DNA of 64,000 nucleotides from Candidatus Limimorpha sp. (GTDB lineage Bacteria; Bacteroidota; Bacteroidia; Bacteroidales; F082): NCBI GenBank assembly GCA_045132275.1, contig JBGURY010000004.1, positions 121,892 to 185,891 of the forward strand, read 5' to 3'. Shown piece by piece: positions 49,880 to 58,031 of this stretch (position 1 is its first letter; each line of letters starts with the position of its first letter). The notes under the pieces were generated by a model. It saw only the letters and a program-made list of their open reading frames with translations, ran no database searches and was not told where the DNA came from. The position numbers and the translations under genes were made by a program.

Positions 49880-50880
49880 ATGATCCATTGAAAAATACCA
49901 TTTCTGACGCCTCAAAAGTCTTCATCCTGACTGATGAGAACGTGGCTCCTTTTTGGTTGCCCGAAGTGGCTCACTGGTTGCGATGCGACACGGCGGTCGA
50001 CATCATCATCAAGGCGGGCGAGCAGCGCAAAAACCTGCAGACCGTCCAACGCATTTGGAAGACCTTGATGAAACATCATGCCGATCGTAACGCATTGTTA
50101 GTCAACCTTGGAGGCGGAACTGTTACTGATTTGGGCGGTTTCGCCGCCTCCACTTATAAGCGCGGCATCAAGTTCATCAACATTCCCACGACTTTGCTTG
50201 GGATGGTCGACGCGGCGATAGGAGGGAAGACGGGCATTGACTTCGGCGGGGCCAAAAACCAAATCGGCACTTTCGCTGAGGCCGAAACGGTGTTGGTTGA
50301 CCCTGTGTTTTTGTCGACCTTGCCCAGAAGAGAGGTTCTTTCGGGTCTCTCTGAGATGCTGAAGTATGGTTTTATCGCTGATTCCAAGTTATTGGAAATC
50401 AATTTAGAAAACTACCAAGACTATATCCTTCGCACAGGCGAAATCAAACGTGAGATTGTGGCAAAAGATCCTTTCGAGAAGGACTTGCGTAAAGTGTTGA
50501 ACTTCGGCCATACCCTCGGTCATGCCATCGAAAGCCATTGTCTTACGACAGCGCATCCATTACTTCATGGAGAAGCCGTTGCTTTGGGTATGGGGACAGC
50601 ATTGTGGATTTCCGTGAAACAATGCGGCCTTGACAAAAAGGTCTTGCATGGCTTTGAGAAGCGACTCCCCATGCTGCTCTCCGAAGCGGAAATGTACTTG
50701 ACTGATGCCGACGTGGATCCCATTTTGTCTTATCTCGTATATGACAAGAAAAACAAAGGGGACCTTTCACAATTTGTTCTGCTTGAGGCGGTTGGGAGGC
50801 CCGTTTGGAATGTCGAAGTGGAGCCGTCGGCAGTGAGAACAGCATTGGAGTATGTGATTAGTAATGCGCCTTATCAATGA
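49876..50880 (+). CDS. aroB: 3-dehydroquinate synthase
   Basis: Motifs GGGTVTDLGGF, NIPTTLL, DAAIGGKTGI and FGHTLGHAIE. Confidence 0.85.
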   Translation: MNDPLKNTISDASKVFILTDENVAPFWLPEVAHWLRCDTAVDIIIKAGEQRKNLQTVQRIWKTLMKHHADRNALLVNLGGGTVTDLGGFAASTYKRGIKFINIPTTLLGMVDAAIGGKTGIDFGGAKNQIGTFAEAETVLVDPVFLSTLPRREVLSGLSEMLKYGFIADSKLLEINLENYQDYILRTGEIKREIVAKDPFEKDLRKVLNFGHTLGHAIESHCLTTAHPLLHGEAVALGMGTALWISVKQCGLDKKVLHGFEKRLPMLLSEAEMYLTDADVDPILSYLVYDKKNKGDLSQFVLLEAVGRPVWNVEVEPSAVRTALEYVISNAPYQ

Positions 50881-52022
50881 AACTGCATTGCAACATACAC
50901 CTTCCTCCTAGCAAGAGCGAGAGCAACCGCGCCTTGATGATTGCGGCGTATGCCGGCTTCACCCCTGATTTTGATAATCTTTCAGGCTCTCATGACACGA
51001 GAATCCTAGCGGAGGCAATTGGTAAAACGCTGAATGGAGTGTCGGAAATCGACATCGCCGATTGCGGTGCGGCGGCGCGTTTTTTGACCACGTTTTTGGC
51101 CTGTCGCGAAGGCGAGTGGCTCCTGACGGGCACGGAACGGATGAAACAACGTCCGGTCAAACCTTTGGTGGATGCCTTGTTGAAATTAGGCGCTGATATT
51201 CAGTATGTTGAGAAGCAAGGTTTCTTGCCGTTGCTCATTCATGGCCGACCCCTCCAAGGCGGCAAAGTCGCTGTCGACATGACCCAAAGCAGCCAGTTCG
51301 CCTCGTCCCTGCTTTTGGCGGCTCCGACGTGGCCCCAAGGCCTTGAGTTGGAGCTTGTCGGCAACCCAAGTTCCTTGCCTTATCTTGATATGACCATCGC
51401 GATGATGCGCCATTTTTCTGCACAGGTTGAAAGGCATGATGGAGTGGTCGTTGTGAAGCCGCAACCTTATCAAAAACAGTTATTTACGATTGAACCAGAT
51501 TGGAGCGCGGCCTCCTATTGGTACGAGATGGCTGCCTTCAGCGAGGAATATGAAATCAGGTTGCACGGCCTTTCGACAGGCTCAAGGACCGCGCAGGGCG
51601 ACGCCATCATCGCTGAATGGATGGCCCAGTTGGGTGTCGGGACGTTCGTTGAAAACGACGCCGTCGTCTTAAGGAAAATCCCCTTCGAAAAGCGCCCTTT
51701 GAGTTTTGTTTTTTCCCAACATCCCGACCTCTATCCGACCCTGGTTGCCACCTGTGCCGGATTGAGTGTTGACGCCACTTTCACAGGCCTTGACAACCTC
51801 TCGCTCAAAGAGTCAGACAGGGTAGAGGCGATGCGAACTGAATTGGCGAAAATGGGCGACCGTCCCATCCGTTTTTGCGCCCATAACGACCATCGCGTCG
51901 TGATGGCGTTAGCTCCCCTTTCCTTGCTTGTCGGCCCCGTTGGCTTCGATCATCCCGAAGTGGTGGGAAAGTCCTATCCCGGCTTTTGGGAAGACGCCGC
52001 TTTTTTGCCTGTTCTAAGGTAA
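50877..52022 (+). CDS. aroA: 3-phosphoshikimate 1-carboxyvinyltransferase (EPSP synthase)
   Basis: Motifs LPPSKSESNRALMIAA, KESDRVEAM and NDHRVVMALA. It is shortish (381 aa) and overlaps aroB by 4 nt. Confidence 0.8.
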   Translation: MKLHCNIHLPPSKSESNRALMIAAYAGFTPDFDNLSGSHDTRILAEAIGKTLNGVSEIDIADCGAAARFLTTFLACREGEWLLTGTERMKQRPVKPLVDALLKLGADIQYVEKQGFLPLLIHGRPLQGGKVAVDMTQSSQFASSLLLAAPTWPQGLELELVGNPSSLPYLDMTIAMMRHFSAQVERHDGVVVVKPQPYQKQLFTIEPDWSAASYWYEMAAFSEEYEIRLHGLSTGSRTAQGDAIIAEWMAQLGVGTFVENDAVVLRKIPFEKRPLSFVFSQHPDLYPTLVATCAGLSVDATFTGLDNLSLKESDRVEAMRTELAKMGDRPIRFCAHNDHRVVMALAPLSLLVGPVGFDHPEVVGKSYPGFWEDAAFLPVLR

Positions 52023-52069
52023 ATTGAGCGTTTTTTCAATTATTATTATTATTTTATAAAGAAAAGTCG

Positions 52070-52077
52070 TAATTTTG
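52070..52077 (+). promoter_or_regulatory. -7 promoter box (TAATTTTG) for the (Fe-S)-binding protein gene
   Basis: TAnnTTTGCGCG match 19 nt upstream of the ATG at 52097. Confidence 0.55.
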
Positions 52078-52096
52078 CGCGTTTTTATAGCGTATT

Positions 52097-52819
52097 ATGA
52101 AAGTCGAGCTGTTTGTGCCCTGCGTCATCGACCAGTTCTTCCCACGGGTCGCCGCCAATACCATGAAGGTGTTGCAGCGCACCGGCGTGGAGGTGGAATA
52201 CAACCCGGAGCAGACCTGTTGCGGGCGCTTTGCCTATCATGCGGGCTTTCTTGAGGAAGCCAAGGAGTTGGGCGACAAGTTCCTCAACGATTTCGCGTAT
52301 GATGGTCCTGTGGTGTCCCCGTCAGCGGCCTGCGTGCATTACATCAAGAAACACTATCCCGAACTCTTTTTCAATACCGCCAACCACTTGAACTTCAAGC
52401 GGATGGTGTCCAATGTCTATGAGCTGACTGACTTCTTGGTCAACAAGGTGCATTTCGACGACTTCGGCGCCGAGTTCCCCTATAAGGTGACCTTCCACGA
52501 CAGCTGCAGCGCGCTCCGTGGATTGGGTCTCGGCAAGGAAGCCCGGCAGCTGCTCTCCAAAGTGAAGGGGTTGGAATTGGTGGAAATGAAGCAGACTGAT
52601 TTGTGCTGTGGCGCCGATTTCTCTTTGAGGATGAACCACGAGACCCTATCGGAAGGCATGGCCAATCACAAGGTGAGGAATGCACTTAATACCGGCGCGG
52701 AATACATTGTCTCGGCCGACATGACCTGCCTGATGCACCAAAAGGCCTACATCGAGAAGGAAGACCTGCCCATCAAGGTGATCCACATCGCGGATGTGCT
52801 CGCCTCGGGTTGGGAATGA
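52097..52819 (+). CDS. Cysteine-rich (CCG-domain) Fe-S oxidoreductase subunit, LutA-like
   Basis: Two CCG-type motifs (EQTCCG..., TDLCCGA) and FHDSCSALR. Confidence 0.7.
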   Translation: MKVELFVPCVIDQFFPRVAANTMKVLQRTGVEVEYNPEQTCCGRFAYHAGFLEEAKELGDKFLNDFAYDGPVVSPSAACVHYIKKHYPELFFNTANHLNFKRMVSNVYELTDFLVNKVHFDDFGAEFPYKVTFHDSCSALRGLGLGKEARQLLSKVKGLELVEMKQTDLCCGADFSLRMNHETLSEGMANHKVRNALNTGAEYIVSADMTCLMHQKAYIEKEDLPIKVIHIADVLASGWE

Positions 52820-52833
52820 TGATGAATGGGACC

Positions 52834-52858
52834 GGCCCTTCGACAGGCTCAGGGACCT
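52834..52858. repeat. Solo half-copy of the REP-like element seen at 26039-26092
   Basis: ggcccttcgacaggctcagggacct matches 26074-26098 at 24 of 25 positions. Its reverse complement is identical to the left arm at 26039-26053. Confidence 0.75.
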
Positions 52859-52881
52859 CGTAACAATGAACTAAGAATCAA

Positions 52882-53442
52882 ATGAACGACTACTACATAC
52901 ACGAAAGCAGCTACGTCGACGACAACGTGACCATCGGCAAGGGCACGAAGGTATGGCATTTTTGCCATATCCAGAAAGGTGCCGTGATTGGCGAGAACTG
53001 CTCTTTGGGACAGAACGTCAATGTGGGTAACAATGTCCGCATCGGCAACGGCGTCCGTATCCAAAACAACGTCTCCATCTATGAAGGCGTAGAGATTGAG
53101 GACAATGTGTTCTGCGGTCCGAGCTGCGTGTTCACCAACGTGACGACGCCGCGCGCCCATTTTCCCGTGCATGGCGTCTACGCCAAGACGCGCATCTGCG
53201 AAGGCGCCTCTTTGGGTGCCAACTGCACTGTGGTTTGCGGCCACACGGTGGGCAAGAGCGCCCTCATCGCCGCCGGCGCTGTAGTGACCAAGGACGTGAA
53301 ACCCTATGCCTTGATGGCCGGTGTGCCTGCCCGACAGATCGGCTGGGTGTGCGAATGCGGCAAGCGCCTTGGCCCTACGTTGCAATGCGATTGTGGCCGT
53401 TGCTATGAAGAAAAAGACGGATGTTTAAATAAAAAAATGTAG
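52882..53442 (+). CDS. Hexapeptide-repeat N-acetyltransferase, WlbB/WbpD-like (UDP-2-acetamido-3-amino-2,3-dideoxy-glucuronate N-acetyltransferase family)
   Basis: [51 protein letters not shown] and GVPARQIGW closely parallel WlbB as I recall it. Confidence 0.7.
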   Translation: MNDYYIHESSYVDDNVTIGKGTKVWHFCHIQKGAVIGENCSLGQNVNVGNNVRIGNGVRIQNNVSIYEGVEIEDNVFCGPSCVFTNVTTPRAHFPVHGVYAKTRICEGASLGANCTVVCGHTVGKSALIAAGAVVTKDVKPYALMAGVPARQIGWVCECGKRLGPTLQCDCGRCYEEKDGCLNKKM

Positions 53443-53470
53443 GGCGGCCATGTGGGTCTGCCCCGACGAC

Positions 53471-53502
53471 TCTACACTCTCAACTCTCAACTCTCAACTA
53501 AC
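53471..53502 (+). repeat. Heptamer array (NNACTCT)x4: ctct-acactct-caactct-caactct-caactaa
   Basis: Period-7 repeat 4 nt upstream of the ATG at 53506. An inverted partner lies at 56852-56886. Confidence 0.8.
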
Positions 53503-53505
53503 CAA

Positions 53506-54636
53506 ATGCAATTCAGAGATTTAAAAACACAATATAACGTCCTGAAGGACGAAATGGACCAGGCCATCCTAGACGTGGTCGCCTCGTCGGCCTACGTCAT
53601 GGGCCCGAAGATCAAAGAGATGGAGACGGCTTTCGCCGACTATGTCGGTGTGAAACACTGCATCGCTTGTAACAGCGGCACCGACGCGTTGCTGCTGGCA
53701 CTCAAAGCATGGGATGTAAAGCCTGGTGACGCCGTGTTCGTCCCCAGTTTCACCTTCTTCGCCTCTGCCGAGGTCATCGCCATGCAGGGCGCGACGCCCG
53801 TCTTCGTCGATGTCGACAAGGACACCTTCAACATGGATGTTGCCGACCTCGAGCGCAAGATCGAGCAGACTTTGAAGAAAGGACAACTCAAGCCTTGTGT
53901 CGTCATCGCCGTGGATCTGTTTGGTCTCCCTGCCGACTTCAAGGCCATCCGTAAGGTAGCCGACAAATACGGCCTTTATGTGCTTGAAGACGGAGCCCAG
54001 GGCTTCGGTGGTCGCATTGGCGAATGTAAAGCCTGCGCTTTTGGTGACATCTCAACCACCTCGTTCTTCCCCGCCAAGCCGGTGGGTTGCTATGGCGATG
54101 GCGGTGCGGTGTTCACCGACAACGACGAGTGGGCGGCCTTGATGGACTCCTACCACATCCATGGCAAGGGCAGCGACCGTTACGACAACATCCGTATCGG
54201 CATGAACTCGCGCTTGGACAGCATCCAGGCAGCCATCTTGATTGTCAAGTTGAAGGCCTTCAAGGAATATGAGTTGGTCGACGTCAATAAGGTGTCGGCC
54301 CGTTATACCGAGAAGCTGAAGGACGTGGCGAAGACGCCTATCGTCCCAGAGGGCTTCTATTCGAGTTGGGCGCAATATACGTTGCAGGTGGAGAACAAGG
54401 AAGTGAGGGCGGGATTGCAAGCCGCGCTGAAGGCCTTGGATATCCCGACGGCCGTCTACTATCCTATCCCGATGCACCGTCAGACGGCATTCAGTTATTT
54501 GCGCCTCGACGACAACCGTTGTCCTGTCGCCGACCAGTTGGCCGACACTGTCATCTCTTTGCCCGTCCATCCTTATCTCTCGGAGGCGGACCAGGACATG
54601 ATTTGCGACGCCGTGCGTAGTTATCTGAAGAAATAA
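53506..54636 (+). CDS. DegT/DnrJ/EryC1/StrS-family aminotransferase (WbpE/WlbC-like)
   Basis: Motifs CNSGTDALLLAL, DLFGLPAD, EDGAQGFG and TSFFPAKP (PLP lysine). Confidence 0.8.
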   Translation: MQFRDLKTQYNVLKDEMDQAILDVVASSAYVMGPKIKEMETAFADYVGVKHCIACNSGTDALLLALKAWDVKPGDAVFVPSFTFFASAEVIAMQGATPVFVDVDKDTFNMDVADLERKIEQTLKKGQLKPCVVIAVDLFGLPADFKAIRKVADKYGLYVLEDGAQGFGGRIGECKACAFGDISTTSFFPAKPVGCYGDGGAVFTDNDEWAALMDSYHIHGKGSDRYDNIRIGMNSRLDSIQAAILIVKLKAFKEYELVDVNKVSARYTEKLKDVAKTPIVPEGFYSSWAQYTLQVENKEVRAGLQAALKALDIPTAVYYPIPMHRQTAFSYLRLDDNRCPVADQLADTVISLPVHPYLSEADQDMICDAVRSYLKK

Positions 54637-54648
54637 AACACCATCATC

Positions 54649-55770
54649 ATGGGGGTTAAGTCGATTTTCAACGATATGGTCGCTCGCGACAATTACGACG
54701 AGGTAATGGAATACCTTGCCGTGACTGAGACCCAGCATGCCCCCAGGTTCGAGTTTGACAACGCCCCCGAACAGCTTCAAGAGCTCATCGCTGTGGCCGA
54801 GACCCCTCGTGGCCCTGAGCGCTCGCAGTGGCTCAACGACTATGCCAAGAAGTCGTGGGAGATACCCGACGGTGAAGCCGAGGTTTTGTTGGCCGAGGAC
54901 CATCTCAACGCCATTCGTTATGTAAACCGTTACCTCCGCAAGGCCAACGCTAAGTTGAAACAAGACGGTTATTTTGTGTGTGGTTTTGATACGGCCCAGA
55001 AGCACAGGGCGCAGATTTACAGCAAATACCCCAGGTTTATCGCCCGTATCGTTTATTTCTTTGATTTTCTTTGGCATAGGGTATGTCCCAAGTTGGCTTT
55101 GACGCGTCGTTTCTATTATCTCTGCACCAAGAAGGTGAGAAAGGTGTTTCCGAGGCCAGAGGTTTTGGGCAGATTGTATTATTGTGGTTTTGAAGTCGTC
55201 AGCGAGAAATATATCCACGACCGTTATTGCGTCATCAGCCAAAAGAAGCGTCCGCCGCATGACGAGCCGCACACCTATGGCCCTTTGGTGAGGTTGCGGC
55301 GTGTGGGCAAGGACGGCAAGATCTTCAACGTCTACAAGTTCCGCACGATGTATGCCTATTCCGAGTATCTGCAGACCTACATATACGAGAACAATGACTT
55401 GGATGTGGGTGGCAAGTTCAGTAATGACTATCGCGTCACGGAGTGGGGTCGTTTTTTGCGCAAGACCTGGCTCGACGAGTTGCCCATGTTTATCAATGTC
55501 CTTAAGGGGCAGATGAAGTTGGTGGGTGTGCGTCCCTTGAGCCAGCAATATTTCAATCTCTACACCGAGGATTTGCAGCAGTTGAGAATCAAGACCAAGC
55601 CTGGATTGTTGCCCCCCTTCTATGTCGACATGCCCGAGACTTTGGAAGAGATCCAGGACAGTGAGCGTCGTTATTTGGAGGCTTATTTGAAGCATCCTTT
55701 GCGCACTGACTGGAGGTATTTTTGGAAGATTGTCGGCAATATTGTTTTCAGGGGAAAACGCTCCAAATAA
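54649..55770 (+). CDS. Bacterial sugar transferase (polyprenyl-phosphate glycosyl-1-phosphate transferase catalytic domain) with an atypical soluble-looking N-terminal region
   Basis: C-terminal half carries RVGKDGK.F..YKFRTM, DELP and L.G.M.LVG.RP. No clearly hydrophobic helix precedes it. Confidence 0.7.
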   Translation: MGVKSIFNDMVARDNYDEVMEYLAVTETQHAPRFEFDNAPEQLQELIAVAETPRGPERSQWLNDYAKKSWEIPDGEAEVLLAEDHLNAIRYVNRYLRKANAKLKQDGYFVCGFDTAQKHRAQIYSKYPRFIARIVYFFDFLWHRVCPKLALTRRFYYLCTKKVRKVFPRPEVLGRLYYCGFEVVSEKYIHDRYCVISQKKRPPHDEPHTYGPLVRLRRVGKDGKIFNVYKFRTMYAYSEYLQTYIYENNDLDVGGKFSNDYRVTEWGRFLRKTWLDELPMFINVLKGQMKLVGVRPLSQQYFNLYTEDLQQLRIKTKPGLLPPFYVDMPETLEEIQDSERRYLEAYLKHPLRTDWRYFWKIVGNIVFRGKRSK

Positions 55771-55823
55771 TAACAAAGAAAAATGTCGCATTTTTTTTCT
55801 TGTTTTATTTGAAAAATAATCCT

Positions 55824-55831
55824 TACTTTTG
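55824..55831 (+). promoter_or_regulatory. -7 promoter box (TACTTTTG) upstream of the ABC-2 permease gene
   Basis: TAnnTTTGCAG match 140 nt upstream of the ATG at 55972. Confidence 0.45.
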
Positions 55832-55971
55832 CAGATTGTAAATTTGGGTTTACTATAGCCTGAACGAAACAATATAACGCCACTCTCATATGTTTGAGGC
55901 AAGTGGTTTATTTACAAACTTTTATACTTTCTTGATGTGAGTCAAGGAGCGGAGCTTTACACTTTCTTGAA

Positions 55972-56850
55972 ATGAGTCAAACAACTGAAAACGAAAATTG
56001 GACCACTGTCATCAAGCCTCGCAATGGGCTTTTTGAGGTGAATTTGAAAGAAATATGGGATTACCGTGACTTGTTATCCTTGTTTGTGAAGCGTACCATC
56101 ACGGTGCAGTACAAGCAAACCATCTTGGGTCCCTTGTGGTGGATCATCCAACCTGCCTTGACGGTCATCATGTACATGGTGGTGTTTGGCGGCATTGCCG
56201 GCATCCCCACGGACGGCATCCCGCAGCCCTTGTTCTATTTGGGTGGCATCTGTATGTGGCAGTATTTTTCGGACTGTTTGACAAGAACATCTAATACTTT
56301 TGTGTCAAATGCCGGTATTTTCGGCAAAGTGTATTTTCCGAGACTCATCATGCCACTTTCGAGTGTCATTAGCAATCTGGTACGTTTTGGAATCCAGTTG
56401 GGGCTGTTTGTCATCGTGTATGTCTATTATGCCATCATAGGTCAGGCGCCCACGCCCAACTTGTATTTGCTGTTGTTCCCGGTGCTGGTGGTCATGATGG
56501 CAGGTTTGGCCTTGGGCTTTGGTATCATCATATCATCGATGACGACCAAGTACCGTGACCTGCAGATCCTGTTTTCTTTCTTTGTGCAGTTATGGATGTA
56601 CGCCACGCCTATTGTATATCCTTTGAGTCAGGTGGCTGGCAAGAAAGTCTTGGGTTTCAATTTAGAGACCCTGATGTGTCTCAACCCCGTGACGCCTGTC
56701 ATTGAAACCTTCAAGCACGGTGCTTTGAGTGCAGGTCAGTTTGTGGGTTGGGGATGGCTGGCTTATAGTTTTGTGTTTATGCTTGTATTCCTCTCCATCG
56801 GCATCTTGATTTTCAACAAGGTGCAGAAGAGTTTTATGGATACGGTCTAG
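55972..56850 (+). CDS. ABC-2 type polysaccharide/O-antigen export permease (Wzm/TagG-like)
   Basis: Six predicted TM segments. The conserved N-terminal motif is L..L.KR....QYKQT.LG..W.I..P, followed by YFPR. Confidence 0.75.
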   Translation: MSQTTENENWTTVIKPRNGLFEVNLKEIWDYRDLLSLFVKRTITVQYKQTILGPLWWIIQPALTVIMYMVVFGGIAGIPTDGIPQPLFYLGGICMWQYFSDCLTRTSNTFVSNAGIFGKVYFPRLIMPLSSVISNLVRFGIQLGLFVIVYVYYAIIGQAPTPNLYLLLFPVLVVMMAGLALGFGIIISSMTTKYRDLQILFSFFVQLWMYATPIVYPLSQVAGKKVLGFNLETLMCLNPVTPVIETFKHGALSAGQFVGWGWLAYSFVFMLVFLSIGILIFNKVQKSFMDTV

Positions 56851-56851
56851 T

Positions 56852-56886
56852 TTAGTTGAGAGTGTAGAGTTTAGAGTTGAGAGTAG
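56852..56886 (-). repeat. Heptamer array, inverted partner (minus strand: ctactct-caactct-aaactct-acactct-caactaa)
   Basis: The 16-nt segment agttgagagtgtagag (56854-56869) is the exact reverse complement of 53471-53486. Confidence 0.8.
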
Positions 56887-56908
56887 TTGCTTCAAAAGCA
56901 AAAACAAT

Positions 56909-58018
56909 ATGAACGAAAAACAGATAACGGTTACTTCTCCTTTGCTTCCTGACCTGGATGAGTTCCATAGCCTTTTGAAGGAGATTTGGGACAGTAAATG
57001 GGTGACCAATAACGGCAGTTTCCACAAAAGGTTGGAGGCAGCCTTGTGTGAGTACCTTAAAGTACCCTATATTAGTTTGTTCACCAATGGCACACTGCCT
57101 TTGTTGACGGCTTTGCAGGCCCTTCGCATTACGGGCGAGGTCATCACCACTCCATATAGCTTTGTGGCCACTACGCATAGCATCTGGTGGAATGGTTGCA
57201 AGCCTGTGTTTGTGGATATTGATCCCTCCAATTGCGGTATTGATCCTGACAAGATAGAGGCCGCCATTACTCCACGCACAACAGCCATCATGCCCGTGCA
57301 TTGCTATGGTAAGCCTTGCGATATGGAACGGATTCAGGCCATTGCGGACAAGTATAATTTGAAAGTCATCTATGATGCCGCACATGCTTTTGGTGTAGAG
57401 GTGAACGGCGAGTCGGTTTTGAAACAAGGTGATATGGCAACGTTAAGTTTCCATGCCACCAAGGTGTACAACACCCTTGAGGGCGGTGCCTTGGTGATGC
57501 ATGATGCCGAGACCAAGAAACGTGTGGACTATTTAAAAAACTTCGGTTTTGCAGGCGAGACGGAGGTGGTCGCCCCTGGCATCAACAGCAAGATGGACGA
57601 GGTGAGGTCTGCTTACGGCCTGCTTAACCTTAAGCAAGTGGACGATGCCATCGAGAAACGTCATCAAGTGGCTATTCGATATCGGGAAGCCTTGCGTGAT
57701 GTGAAAGGCATTCGGTTCTTTGATGATATGCCAGGTGTGCGTCATAACTATAGTTATTTTCCGATATTTGTTGATGCTGAGGAATATGGCATGACGCGCG
57801 ATGAATTATATTTCAAGATGAAGGAGCAAGGTGTTTTAGGCAGAAGATATTTCTATCCACTTATTAGCAACTTCAGTGCTTATAAAGGATTGCCTTCTGC
57901 AGATTCTAATAACCTTCCTGTGGCGACAAGGATTGCCAACGAGGTGATTTGTTTGCCAATGCATCATGAATTATTTAGTGAGGATTTAATACGTGTATTA
58001 AGCATTCTTAAGAAATAG
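56909..58018 (+). CDS. DegT/DnrJ/EryC1/StrS-family sugar aminotransferase (4-amino-4,6-dideoxyhexose type, WecE/PglE/VioA-like)
   Basis: Motifs TNGTLPLL, DAAHAFG and SFHATKVYNTLEGGA (PLP lysine). Confidence 0.75.
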   Translation: MNEKQITVTSPLLPDLDEFHSLLKEIWDSKWVTNNGSFHKRLEAALCEYLKVPYISLFTNGTLPLLTALQALRITGEVITTPYSFVATTHSIWWNGCKPVFVDIDPSNCGIDPDKIEAAITPRTTAIMPVHCYGKPCDMERIQAIADKYNLKVIYDAAHAFGVEVNGESVLKQGDMATLSFHATKVYNTLEGGALVMHDAETKKRVDYLKNFGFAGETEVVAPGINSKMDEVRSAYGLLNLKQVDDAIEKRHQVAIRYREALRDVKGIRFFDDMPGVRHNYSYFPIFVDAEEYGMTRDELYFKMKEQGVLGRRYFYPLISNFSAYKGLPSADSNNLPVATRIANEVICLPMHHELFSEDLIRVLSILKK

Positions 58019-58031
58019 ACGGGAATAGAAG

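Noticed and set aside
54052..55902. 616-aa ORF antisense to the aminotransferase and sugar-transferase genes
   Set aside because: This is a shadow ORF spanning two well-supported + strand genes. Its composition is typical of antisense frames, and it would have to read across an intergenic gap.
53471..56886. Idea that the inverted heptamer arrays define an invertible (shufflon-like) 3.4-kb DNA segment
   Set aside because: There is no site-specific recombinase nearby. All three enclosed genes are co-oriented with the locus, and inversion would only inactivate them. The perfect core is only 16 nt. I kept it as a repeat and junction observation only.
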